From contig NC_068990.1 of the NCBI RefSeq assembly GCF_001194135.2, forward strand, positions 58,444,207-58,486,399: a stretch of 42,193 bases of DNA. Direction: 5' to 3'. A program made the translations under genes and the position numbers. Of this stretch, positions 11,356 through 23,447 are shown piece after piece. Origin of the DNA: Octopus bimaculoides (lineage: Eukaryota). The notes under the pieces are model-generated. The model was not told where the DNA came from, did no database searches, and was given only the letters and a program-made list of their open reading frames with translations. How positions within the stretch are numbered: the stretch's first letter is position 1; each line of letters starts with the position of its first letter.

Positions 11356-11360
<5 letters not shown>
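11005..11360 (-). mobile_element. Internally deleted mariner fragment with one TIR
   Basis: TA+CGAGGGGCGTTCAAAAAGT terminus at 11005. Minus-strand 'FVPKLPEE*Q*QLRVEIAQNTVDCANHDPVFMKTITTGDEKLVYG' contains the mariner TGDExW-type first catalytic D motif. Confidence 0.85.
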
Positions 11361-11397
<37 letters not shown>

Positions 11398-11724
11398 GAG
11401 AGAAAAACCAACACCCCACAACTATCAACTACCTGGAAGACTAGCATAAGCCACTGGGAACCCTAGCTCTTGCTGCTGCTACTACTACTATTACTGTCCC
11501 TCCTTCCACAACTAACAGACCAACCACTTTCATTAACCGGTCACTGCTGCCAACTAGCAACAATCACAACTAAACAAAATACACCACCGCGTCATCTCCA
11601 TAAGAAAAACATTTGAAATTACAAAACGATTATGAAAGTCTGATGTAATTTAATTTATTTCAATTTATTTTCCCTTTTACTCCAGTTTGAAAATATCGTT
11701 TTAAAGCGATTGGAATCACTGCTG

Positions 11725-12482
11725 AGGCGCAGGCGTGGCTGTATCGTAAGAAGTTTGCTTCCCAGCCACAAGACTCCAGCTTCAATACCATTGTGTGACA
11801 TTTCGGTGATGTGTCTTCGAATACAGTTTTGGGTAGGTCAAAGAATTGTGACGCGATTTGGTGGAGAGGAAACTGGCAGAATATCGTCATGTATATATGT
11901 ATTTGTGCATACCTATGTGTGTGTTTTTGCGTTCATGTTTGTACGCCAACCACCTCTTGACAAATGGTGTTAGTTTGTTTACATCCCTTAGCGGTTCTGC
12001 AAAAGAGACAGAAATGCTGCCCGCCTCAGAAAAGAAAGTACTTTGATTAGGGCCTTCTTGGTATTGCCCCAACATTGCCGTAGTCTAATATGTTAAACAA
12101 GAAGATACAGATAAAAGGTATACACATAGAGGAGTAAGAAGCTTGCTTCCCAACCACATGGTTTCGGGTTCAATCTCATTACGTGATACCTCGAGTAGGC
12201 ATCTTCTACTGTTGCCTCGGGTGGACTAAATTCTTGAGAATGGCTTTGGTAAACGGAAACTGAAAGAAGTCCGTTATATTAATATATATCTGTGTGTGCC
12301 TGTGTGTGCATGTGTGTGTGTCTCTCGCCACTGCTTTACAACCGCTGTTAGTGTGTTTACGATTCTTTAACTTAGCGGTTCGGCAAATGATATCGGTAGA
12401 ATGAGTACTGGTGTTGTCTCATTCGACTAAGAATTGTTGAAGGCAGTGCCCCAGCTTAGCCACAGTCTTGATCAAGTAAAGG
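11725..12482 (+). mobile_element. Two tandem decayed SINE family C copies
   Basis: Heads AGGCGCAGGCGTGGCTG (11725) and GTAAGAAGCTTGCTTCCCAACCACATGG (12135), each with an internal TG microsatellite and tail. Confidence 0.75.
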
Positions 12483-12484
12483 AC

Positions 12485-12835
12485 ACACACACACATATTC
12501 ATACACATATTCATACACATATTCATACACACACACATATTCATACACACACATATTCATACACACACATTCATACACCCGCATATATTCATACACACAT
12601 ATATTCATACACACATAAATACACACATACATACACACATACATAGACACATACATACACACATACATACGCACATTCATACACACACTTATACACAGAC
12701 ACGTTTATACACACGTTTATACACACATTTATACACACATTCATACATACACATTCATATACACACACATATTCATATATACACACAAACATACATTCAT
12801 ACACACACACACACACACATACATTCATACACACA
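12485..12835. repeat. (CACATATTCATA)n-type minisatellite embedded in CA repeats
   Basis: Recurrent 12-16 bp unit. Confidence 0.9.
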
Positions 12836-12840
12836 GCATT

Positions 12841-13016
12841 ACTCTGAGTTTCCTGCTCAATTTAACAATAAATTAAGCAAATATTCGTCAGCAGTTTTAT
12901 TGACGAACATAAGTGGGATATTTAAAGTCATTTTTGAATATTCCAGCTTTTGTTGTTCAAGCAAATTTTCCGACAAATGCTCTAAAAATTGTTTAATTGA
13001 GCAGGAATTTCAGACT
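12841..13016. mobile_element. Fold-back / MITE-like element
   Basis: ACTCTGAGTTTCCTGCTCAATTTAACAAT at left matches the reverse complement of the right end (AGTCTGAAATTCCTGCTCAATTAAACAAT); inner arms are also complementary. Confidence 0.6.
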
Positions 13017-13155
13017 AACAATGTATTTTCTAAATTCAGTGCAACAATTAATATTCTAAGACAGTTCCTATTATTTATCATATATTTCACTCCACTTGTG
13101 GTATTGTGAATACTATTTTGGTTCAAATAATCTATTTTGATCGATATACATGTGG

Positions 13156-13186
<31 letters not shown>

Positions 13187-13471
13187 TGTATGTATGCATG
13201 CATGGACGTGTGAATGTATGTCTATGCATGTATATATGATGACCGGACATACACTTAACTGTATACAATACTACTCTGATTTAATGTGCTTCTTTTTTTG
13301 GTTATACGATACACGGACGGTATATAGATATATATAATACAATCATAGTATGTTTAAATAGAAATAACTAACGTATATGTTTGTATGCACGTATGTACCT
13401 ATATTTGTATATGTATATATGTAAAGATAAGTATATCTATAAATTTATATATGTATAGATACATACATACA

Positions 13472-13502
<31 letters not shown>

Positions 13503-14025
13503 GCAAGTATTTATGTGATTGTTGTAAGTAATGTGTGAAAGGCTGTAATAACTTAAATTTGGTGCTGTAGAGAAGAACCAGTATTTCTATGAGTAAAAGT
13601 AAAAGTAGGTGACTCAAAGGAGATATTTACTAAACTGGCCTAAGTTTGACCTGGATTATGACCCTGGGAATGACCTAAGCACTTTCATTTAAAGTTCACT
13701 AAAGGGCTTTCTTCCCTATTAAACTGATTGCCACAATGAAACTATTTCTTAATTAATTATTCTCAATGCCAACAGTTGCTTCTGAAAACTTCATTTACAA
13801 TGTCAAGCCGCAACAATCTGCAGCCAATATTTCAATGAAAAAATATTGAATATTCACGTTATTTTCTTAACTCTACCCCATCACCACTACCCTCACTGCC
13901 GCCAATAACAATAATAATAATATTATTATCATTATTATATTTACTATTATCTTTATATATTTAGAATTATTATCATTATTATATTCATTATCATTATTAC
14001 TATTATTACTATTCTTATTATTATT

Positions 14026-14390
14026 GAGTGAGAGAGCAGCGCTTGCCATCAAAATATCGAAGTATTCGATGCCCAATATACTCATCAAGGGTAAACCATG
14101 TACCGGCGTCACAGCTACATGTGCACGACATGGTGACCTTATATCAAGATAAATAGCGCATAATCTTGCAGGTGTGGCCCAGTTAGAATTTTCTTCAAGT
14201 CGAATAGCCCATCCAACACAAAATGTCCCTGAATAAGGGTTGCTTAAGGATGATGAGTGAACCTTCTAGAGGTGGATTATTCAAGCCCCAAAGAATTCCT
14301 CTCAACACATGGTTATGATATACCACCACTACTCCTGCTCGTGATCAGAGATGCACAACTGCTCAACTACGGTCTACGGTCAAGCAACTC
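14026..14390 (+). mobile_element. Family D non-coding interspersed repeat, 5' part, adjacent to (TAT)n
   Basis: GAGAGAGCAG..GCCATCAAA...CCCAGTTAGAATTTTCTTCA... is the reverse complement of 41585-41964. Confidence 0.8.
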
Positions 14391-17200
14391 GAGTACTTCG
14401 TCGCTCTTTCCCTCCACTAATTCTCTATAGAACTGCATAGTGGAACTTCGATTGATCGCATTGCCCGACTGGCAGAAAGCTGTGAGCGCTTGCTGACACT
14501 CTAGGTGTCAAGCGCCATTTCTTCGTCTACTCATGACCCAGGACTGTAGCTCCGTCAATGAGACGAGCCACGGAAAATCCTGTGTGACAAACAGCGACCA
14601 CACGCACACCTGCTCACAGTTAACAAAGCACTAGAGATACCGCAGCCTCAACGCGTCTGCACATCATTAGCCACGACATTCCCACTCAATGGCTGTCGAC
14701 AGCAGATGGATCGTCCGATGAGCGGAACACATCCCTTCCACAGAAAGTGGAAGAGCAAGCTCTCCAGCTTGATCAGCAAGGCAAGGGACATCGGTTAGGT
14801 GGTAGTAGATAAAGGAAGTGATTTACGCATTCGCTACCTTCGTCCAACTTTTGAGGGACAGCTTCCTCTCTACCCATTTGTGGATGAGATTGGCTACTCT
14901 GCTCGTCACCTCCCCCCAGTTCTTGTCCACCTGGAAGTCCGGACTAAATCAGACCCCGAGCAATTTAACTGGTCCTTCAGTCTAGCACCCTACAACGCTG
15001 TTGGTTGGCATGGACCTGACTCTTCAGGAGCCGAGCTGCAGGTCCACCGACTTGTCCTAATTAATTTTTGCTCCTATCACCGTTTCGTACTCCCTTAAAT
15101 TAATGCCGATCACCTCGTTTCCGAGCTGACCGACACTATTTCGGTGACGTCGTCCGCATATGCCGATACGAACCTTCCGCATCCTAGATCACGCGGGATG
15201 CCCCACGTCCTTAATAATGGCTCGAGAGCCAGCACGTACAAGAGGGTAGAGACTGGGCATTCTGACGGACCGAACGAACGATGATAAACGATTCCGATAG
15301 GTGGCCGTTTGCTTTAACCGCCGAGTATATGTCGTTGTACATTGAAACGACCCAACCTCAGAAAAACTAGATTGAAACCGGCTGCCACGAGGACAGCCTC
15401 CAAATATTGATGGTCGACCCTGTCAAAAGCTTTCGATTGATCCAAATTGATCAGGGCCCCACCCATACCAGGTTCCTTCCTTCCCACTCTATGACGTAAT
15501 GCGTGAGGTGGAGGTTGCCATGGATAGATCTTGTCGGGAGTGGGATAGCTGGGTTAGGGAAATCCCTGGTGGGCGGGGGCCTTACTGCTAAAGTGCTTGT
15601 CCATTTTGATTGTAGTGTGATGGTGCTACTGGGGCTGTTTCTACTGCTACTATTGCTGCTGCTGCTGCTGCTGTTACTGACGCTGGCCATTTCTTTTTTT
15701 TTTTTTTTTGCTGTCGATCCTTCCGCCTCAGATTGAGCCGCCGCTGTAGTTCTGCCTTGAGATGCTGATGTTGCATCACTCTTTCTTTTATTTTCCTGTA
15801 GATGTTGTTGTGGAAATGGCTGTGACATCGGTGATGGGACCCCGCCTCTCTCCTCTCTTGTTTTGCTTTGTGGGCAAAACGCCTCTAAATGAATTGTCAT
15901 GCCACAGACATGGCATCTCGGATGTTTGCCCTCCACAATTATTCTCAACTCAGTTCCGTTCAGCAAGGAGATGAAATCAGGGATCTTCTCCAGCTGTTCT
16001 GGTTTTACATGGAGTAACACCTCTAGTGTGAATCCTGTCCAGTTCTCCCTCCTTGATATCTTCACCTCCAGGAGATTATCACTTTCTTTGATTATCCCAC
16101 ACGTGAGTATCCACCACAGACCTGGCTCTGGTGGCACCACTTGTAGGGTAATCTTAACTGCCTTTCTTTCCATATACGTAGGGAAGAACACGAATTCTTC
16201 TAGGGCCTCAGTTTTAAATAGAACTTCCATCCCACCGAACTGCTTTGCTCTCGATATATGACCGATGTCTTGCCACATATTCTGAAGGGATCTTTCTATC
16301 TGGGTGGTCGTTTCTGTTTCTAGCCGTTCTGTTATACGGCTAATGCAACGGTACCTTACTATTTTTCCTTGCTCTGTTCGCTAAAATTTCTTGTAGAGGT
16401 ATTAATTCTTCTCTTCTACCGTCTATTTTCGGGACTTAGCGGTGTTCGTTAATTTAGAGACTTTTTCCTCTAGAGAGAGTGCAAAGAGTTGTTTTGAGGT
16501 GGTGGTACCGGTAAAAGAAGACTTACTACTACAACTAGTGGTGGTGGTGATGTGGTTGTAGCTACTTGCACTGTTGCTACCATCACCACCACCACCACTG
16601 CTTGCCTCCAACCACACCGCCACCACCGCTATCATTGCTTCTGTTGCCGCCGCCAGAGTTGCTGTCACTGTTACTGCCGAAGCTGTCGTTACTGCTGCTA
16701 TACTTCACAACCTCGCAATTCTTGCTGTCTCTACTGCCACTATCACCATTGCTGTGTCACTTCTACTATCACCTCTTTTGTTACTGCCGTTATTGTTGAC
16801 CTAAACATTTTTCCACTGCTCACCTTTTCTTTCTCTTGACAGATTAAGATATTGCCCGTTTCCATTCCTTTTTGTCTCCTCCCCGTCTTCTGCATTATTT
16901 TTGGTAAGAGATGGAAGAGGAGGGAAGTTTTCAGCAGTAAGAAGGCTGTGTGCAAGAACTGATTTTCTTTTTACAAGTTTTAAAGTGGACGCCACCATCT
17001 TTATAAATTGTTGTTTTCAAAACGCCTCTCGGGCGATTTTCTGGAGGGCCGAAATTTGCCTCTGAAGGGGCCAAAAGGCAATAGAAAACCCAGCAACTGG
17101 TTTCTGGAGTTTTCAGTAACAACTTGGGATTAAAATTCCAAACAAAAAAACCTCACCAAAGGGATGTATCCAACGAAATTAATGAGAACTTACATCGAGC
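14391..17200 (-). mobile_element. Tx1/L1-clade non-LTR retrotransposon relic (ORF1 + partial RT, endonuclease missing)
   Basis: ORF1 with CCHC-type knuckle 'IIVEGKHPRCHVCGMTIHLEAFCP'. RT motifs on the minus strand: 'LINLDQSKAFDRVDHQYL' (~15450), 'SVRQ/CPVSTLLYVLALEPLL', 'SAYADDVT' (~15160), 'KLESLLFHFLWKG'. Confidence 0.9.
15451..16278 (-). pseudogene. Tx1-type ORF1 (RRM-like + zinc knuckle) fused in frame to the start of an RT segment
   Basis: 275-aa ORF, homologous by eye to 36373-36860. Its C-terminal 'PTRSIHGNLHL' is an RT motif. Confidence 0.75.
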
Positions 17201-17232
17201 CTTCAGAAACACTTCTGTCATACTCTGCATCA

Positions 17233-17246
17233 AATAATAATAATAA

Positions 17247-17283
<37 letters not shown>

Positions 17284-17318
17284 TAATAATAATAATAATA
17301 ATAATGATGATGATGATG

Positions 17319-17361
<43 letters not shown>
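17233..17361. repeat. (AAT)n/(GAT)n compound microsatellite
   Basis: Direct observation. Confidence 0.97.
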
Positions 17362-17362
<1 letters not shown>

Positions 17363-17363
<1 letters not shown>

Positions 17364-17539
17364 TGCCCGGACAGTGGCTCTCATGGCTTCTGATCTTAAT
17401 TGATTGGAAGTGTTATCACGTACATTGTTTTGTCTTGGTATAAAAAGATGGGTTACAGCAAATATTCTGCTTAATACCACAGATTTGCTTGTCAGTTGTT
17501 TGACCTTAACCAGTTGAGCATGCCCCTTGGTGGCTAACG
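17363..17539 (-). mobile_element. Family D repeat, 3' part, ending in (TAT)n
   Basis: Minus strand GCTCAACTGGTTAAGGTCAAACAACT overlaps the end of 14026-14390 (GCTCAACTACGG...GTCAAGCAACT) and continues to the repeat. Confidence 0.7.
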
Positions 17540-17990
17540 NNNNNNNNNNNNNNNNNNNNNNNNNNNNNNNNNNNNNNNNNNNNNNNNNNNNNNNNNNNNN
17601 NNNNNNNNNNNNNNNNNNNNNNNNNNNNNNNNNNNNNNNNNNNNNNNNNNNNNNNNNNNNNNNNNNNNNNNNNNNNNNNNNNNNNNNNNNNNNNNNNNNN
17701 NNNNNNNNNNNNNNNNNNNNNNNNNNNNNNNNNNNNNNNNNNNNNNNNNNNNNNNNNNNNNNNNNNNNNNNNNNNNNNNNNNNNNNNNNNNNNNNNNNNN
17801 NNNNNNNNNNNNNNNNNNNNNNNNNNNNNNNNNNNNNNNNNNNNNNNNNNNNNNNNNNNNNNNNNNNNNNNNNNNNNNNNNNNNNNNNNNNNNNNNNNNN
17901 NNNNNNNNNNNNNNNNNNNNNNNNNNNNNNNNNNNNNNNNNNNNNNNNNNNNNNNNNNNNNNNNNNNNNNNNNNNNNNNNNNNNNNNNNA

Positions 17991-18328
17991 AAATACAAAG
18001 ACCTGGAAATAGAGATAACTCGAATGTGGAATCTAAAAACAGAAACAATTCCTATCATAGTAGGTGCCTTAGGTATAATAAAAAAATATTCAGACAAATA
18101 CATAACAAAAATAGCAGGACTTACAAATATATATAACATACAGAAAATTGCACTACTGGGTACTGCACACATTCTACGCAAAACACTTTCAATACAGTAA
18201 ACATAAGAGCACCACAGCAAACCACAGCACATACCCAAGGCGCACAGAGCTGCGCTCGGTAGTGAAGTGAAAGCACGTTATAAAAATAAAACTACTGAAT
18301 AATAATAATAATAATGATAATGATAATA
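17991..18328 (+). mobile_element. R4/Dong-clade LINE 3' end (end of RLE domain, 3' UTR, (AAT)n tail)
   Basis: Open frame 17991-18200 'KYKDLEIEITRMWNLKTETIPIIVGALGIIKK...IQKIALLGTAHILRKTLSIQ*', typical of R4-clade RLE C-termini. Confidence 0.85.
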
Positions 18329-18499
18329 GGAAATAGACATAAAACCTAGTTTAGTGCAGCTCCAGTAAACAGTTTTATTGGTGACAGCTAAGGTTCTTAG
18401 GGATTTTCTTGGCACCTAAGGTTACTTGTTATAGCCTGATATTAAGAATTTTTTTCCTTCATCTAATCCGTTGTGCGAAAATGAATTAATAATAAAAAT

Positions 18500-18648
18500 A
18501 ATCTTTTCTATTGTAGGCACAAATCTACAAGTTTGAGGAGGCTAGTTGATTCCATCAGCCCCAGTACTCAGCAGGTATTTATTTCACTGACCCCAAAACG
18601 GTGCTAAGTATTTCGTCCAGTGTGCTGACAATCCTTCCAGCTTCCCTA
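18500..18648 (-). mobile_element. SINE family B, internally deleted
   Basis: Reverse complement of tail and head with the middle missing. Confidence 0.6.
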
Positions 18649-19020
18649 TAATAATAGGATGTTTAACACGCGAAAACATTAAAATATATTTCCTCCAATA
18701 AATGAATCCAACCACCCCACCAAAAAATAAGAACAGACGAAATGTTGGTACGTAAAATTCATTAAAGTTATTTATTACTTACTGCATATAAATGTATTGT
18801 TGTGAGTATGCAAGCAAGCAGTTAATAAAAATATGAAATCTTTACCAGGCCACTTTGCATGCAATTTTACTCGGTGCAGCGTACATTTCACATATGAGAC
18901 TCAATTTATTAAGTCAAGAGACAGTAGATATCCACACCCCATTACAACGGACAGAGCAATACTCAAACAACAATAAAAAGATACTCTACGAATTAAAAAT
19001 ATTACTTTATAAATTATACT

Positions 19021-19235
19021 GATTTCAAATTTTGGCAGAAAGCCAGCAATATCGGAGGAGGCAGTAAGTTGATTTTATTGACCCCAGTGCTCAACTGGTA
19101 CTTAAATCATAGACCTAAATAAAATGAAAAGTAAAGTCAATCCCGGTGGAATTTGAACTCTGAACGTAAAGACGAACAAAATGACGCTAAACATTTGGCC
19201 CGGCGTGCTAACGGTTCCGCCAGCTCCCCGCCTCT
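19021..19235 (-). mobile_element. SINE family B, full length
   Basis: Reverse complement GGCGGGGAGCTGGCGGAACCGTTAGCACGCCGGGCC...GAGTTCAAATTCC. Confidence 0.85.
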
Positions 19236-19721
19236 ACTTTCTACATAATCCGAAATTTCTGGTCTTGTGCCAAAATTTTGGATTATTTTATTTTGGTTAG
19301 GAGTAATAATTTCTGACATTGGCACAAGGTCTCGATAATTTTGAAAATAGTGAATAGTTGATAAACCCGCCCTCATTCTTGGATATATCAACACTGAAAG
19401 ACGGTCACAGCCGAAAAGCCTTTCATCGTGTTTTCTTACCCGAATCTAACCAGCACCAACAATAATAAACCAAAAGTAAATCTTTGGTATTAATGCTTTA
19501 GTAGAAATAGCATTATCAAATAAGCTTGCGGTGGTGTTTTACATGTGCTGGTTATTTCTATTTCTTTCTGTTGTACAATATACGTATAGATGACCATCAG
19601 TTAACCAGTGTATCTCAGTGTTTGCAAGAACTAGTTAAGTACACTGGCCTAGACCTTTCGCAAAAACAGGAAATAATTGTCTCTTGAACTGAAAAGAAAA
19701 AATTAAAGAACAAATATGATC

Positions 19722-19890
19722 TATAGGCGCAGGAGTGGCTGTGTGGTAAGTAGCTTGCTTACCAACCACATGGTTCCGGGTTCAGTCCCACTGCGTGGCA
19801 CCTTTGGCAACTGTCTTCTACTATAGCCTAGGGCCGACCAAAGCCTTGTGAGTGGATTTGGTAGACGGAAACTGAAAGAAGCCCGTCGTA

Positions 19891-19966
<76 letters not shown>

Positions 19967-20192
19967 TGTGTCTGTGTTTGTGTGTCTGTGTTTGTCCCCC
20001 CACCATCGCTTGACAACCGATGCTGGTGTGTTTACGTCCCCGTAACAGCAGTTCGGCAAAAAGAGACCGATAGGATAAGTACTAGGCTTACAAAGAATAA
20101 GTCCTAGGGTCGATTAGCTCGACTAAAGGCGGTGCTCCAGCATGGCCACAGTCAAATGACTGAAACAAGTAAAAGAGCAAAGAGTAAAGAGT
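19722..20192 (+). mobile_element. SINE family C, best-preserved full copy with internal (TA)n(TG)n
   Basis: GGCGCAGGAGTGGCTGTGTGGTAAG (A box), GGTTCAGTCCC (B box), internal microsatellite, tail (GTAAAAGA)n. Confidence 0.9.
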
Positions 20193-20583
20193 ATCCGCTT
20201 TTCCAGGAACCCATGACTCATATTATTACCTCGTATTTATTTATTTATTTATTACACTTAATGCTACTGACTGAAATGTATCTTCTACTAACACTTTAGA
20301 TTTTAAGAAAATAGTAGTAAATTTCATAAATGTAGCAACTTAACGAGCCCATACATAAATCACGTGTTTACTTCCCTGATCCTGAAGAAAGTGAACAAAG
20401 AATTCTATGCATAAGAAATGATTTTACAAAATGAAAAGTAATGTAAAGAAAAAATATTGAAAGTCAGCGATATGGGTTTAATTTTGAGCAAGGAGAAACC
20501 GAGACAATAATAGTTAAATAAGTGTAATGTCTAAATGTCACAAGAAAAAAGTAAAAGTGTCATGTCTCTGATGTGTACATTGA

Positions 20584-20913
20584 GGGTTCAGTCCCACTGC
20601 GTGGCAACTTGGACAGTGTCTTCTACTTTATCCTTGGGCTGACTAAAGCCTTGTAAGTGGGTTTGGTTGACGGAAACTGAAAGAAGCCCATCGTAGAAAT
20701 GTGTGTGTGTGTCTGTGTCTGTGTCCACCACATTTCGACAGCCAGTGTTGGTGTGCTTACGTCCCCGTGAAGTAGTGGTTTGGCAAAAGGGACTGATAGA
20801 ATAATTACCAGGCTTAAAAATAAGTACTGTGACCATTTCATTCGACTAAAGAGTTTTCAAGGCTATGCCCCAACATGTCCGCAATCTAATGACGGAAATA
20901 AATAAAAGAAAGG
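20584..20913 (+). mobile_element. SINE family C, 5'-truncated
   Basis: Colinear with 19775-20180. Confidence 0.85.
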
Positions 20914-20979
20914 AAATGCATCAACATTTTCTAAACTAAAGGTAAATGATATATCAGAAACTAATAGAATGATTAAGAA

Positions 20980-21196
20980 TGATTCTTTCTGATTTCGGAA
21001 CAAGACTTGTGGTTTTTAAGGATAAGGAGATGTCGATTACCTCGACCTTATTTGTCAACTAATATTTATTTTATCGAAACCGAAAGAATGAAAGACATAG
21101 TAGACATCGGTGGAATTTGAACTCCGAACGTAAAATCCAGAAGAAATGCCGCTAAGCATTTTGTCCGGCGTGCAAACGATTCTGCCAGCTTGTGGC
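20980..21196 (-). mobile_element. SINE family B
   Basis: GGAATTTGAACTC and CGGCGTGCAAACGATTCTGCCAGC on the plus strand. Confidence 0.8.
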
Positions 21197-21769
21197 CTTA
21201 CAGTGATAAAAGGTAATGGCTTCTGATTTAGGATGAAGGCCAGTAATTTTGTAAAACAAATATAATTTATATACGTTAACACCAAATAAACTCCAATCCA
21301 AATTCGTAAAACATAAAGACAAATCATTGGAGCCATTTTGTTTCACTCATGCTGTAAATGTTTCTGTGGTGAGAACAGCCATTTGAAATTCCTATAATCC
21401 CATTATAATCTTCAAGAAAACTCCTGAGCCCTAGTGCGTTAAGAAAAAATCAAGTGTCAGCTTATCGTACTAGTACAAAGATAAATATTTACTTATCCCA
21501 TTTAATTATAGAGCCTATATATTTTTATTGATGTAGTATATCTTGCCAACAGTCATATAAATCCAGCCAGGTAACTAAGGGAAATAACTCAGTCAGTAAT
21601 TTAATTATGATTCAGCCGTTAAAAATAAAATAAAATAAACTATAATCTTGTTATATTCCTTTCTTCGTAGGTATCGTGTAAAATACAAGACGTTTCTTTC
21701 GTATATATGGTAATCAGTGAAGCGAACGTTAATTCAATTATTTTGCACTAGCAACTTATAGATTGATTT

Positions 21770-22340
21770 TATTTGATCATACAAAAAGAAAGGCAAGGAA
21801 GAAAGCGTATGAAAATGGAAAACGGACTGAAGAAACAATCGTCGCAAGAGTAAAAAGAGTACGTAGATATAAGAGGCTTTAAGTTACTTCTATTATCTAA
21901 ATAGAAAAAAATTGTCGAGGGATTCTGTGCCAAAAATACTTTCACCAAATATATATCGCAGCTGATATGAAAGGCAACAAACTTACTACACTTACTGTGC
22001 AACCAGGCGTATTTATTAGACGCGGTGAAAGTCTTCGAGGCACAAATACAAGTGTGCATTCGATCCATTATGTTAATGTTTTTCAGGTTTATCCGGACAC
22101 AAAATTGTCGCCCCAAGTTTTGATGATTCGAAATTATTGATTACAAACACAGCGGTAGCACACCTCTTATGTTGCTTGTAGTCTATTAAAGTCACTCGCA
22201 TTCAGCTCTTTCTTCGTTTGCTTTCCTAAACGAACGAAATTAACTTCCATGTACGACAACTGCATTTTCTGTTAGATTTCTTCACACAAACATATTTAGA
22301 CACTTAATACGTATGCGTTAATACGTATGCATGTATATAC

Positions 22341-22372
<32 letters not shown>

Positions 22373-22597
22373 ACACACACACATATGAATTTGTTAATAT
22401 TTGCTTTCATGTTCAGTTATGATGATAATTTTACGTTAATCTGGTAGATTACTCTATAACTTGTAGAGTGCAAATTTATTATTCTCAAACAAGGATGTTA
22501 TTGGCCGTAACTTCGAAGTTTCGAGCAGCTAAGCAGGCTGATGATGGCTTTGCTGGCCAAAACTTCAAAGTCATTGTCGATAATGTTCTTATTTAAG

Positions 22598-22644
<47 letters not shown>

Positions 22645-23388
22645 AAATTTGAATTATATATTACATATGCTCACGTAGTCACCCCAGCGGGATCCTGCCT
22701 GACTGAACTTTCTACTCACTTAGACTCTCATTTTAACTACCATCTCGAACTTTCTGTACCCCTCCTCTTCCACCCAGATTACCATTGGATCTTCGTACTC
22801 TTTCGGACTCTACCTCCATGGATCTTACTGACTACTTTCACACACACACACACACACACACACGTATTTATATATGAGTGGTAAAACAAAAAAAGTAACA
22901 TTCTCGGTATATTTGGCAGGAGTTACATGCATCATTTAATAATAGTTTGACTCAGCTCTATACATTTTATAGTTTCGTATGCTCTCAGAACGAGTATAGC
23001 TACGTTCCTTCTGCAAGTCTACGAAACTTTACGTTGCATGGAAGTGTGTGTGTGTTAACATATATTTTCGGATATATTAATTTGACTTTATATTTTCTGT
23101 ATCTAAATATGTTGACACAACAGAAACGATTGTCGGTATTGTGTGGTGTAATCACCAATTAAAGATGTGATAGTCTCCGTTCTTATTTTTGTTGTTTTAT
23201 ACTCCAAATTTCTTGAAATTCTTGTAAACGATATTTAGACTTACTTGTCACACACGAGGAATTATTTTGGATGTTTGTTCTTCGTGCATTTGTTGGTATC
23301 TGATTGTTGAACATCGTGAACAAAGTGCGTTTAACACAACACAGTGCTTTATTGATATCTTCCCGGATTTTATTCAATCCCCTTTATT

Positions 23389-23447
<59 letters not shown>

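Noticed and set aside
12434-12834. Long HT/YI/CV/N/L-rich ORFs here and elsewhere in the ORF track
   Set aside because: Translations of micro- and minisatellites.
13647-13676. TGACCT-N6-TGACCC-N6-TGACCT as a nuclear-receptor element
   Set aside because: Short motif, no gene context, and TGACCT repeats are common in mollusc repeats.
17155-17200. Tx1 5' end resembling the chimeric SINE junction (TCGATGTAA...ATCCCTTTGG)
   Set aside because: Two short matches with a different spacer; could be chance.
19390-19420. Hammerhead-like CTGAAAGA...GCCGAAA
   Set aside because: Extra base in the core, weak stem II, no stem III or I.
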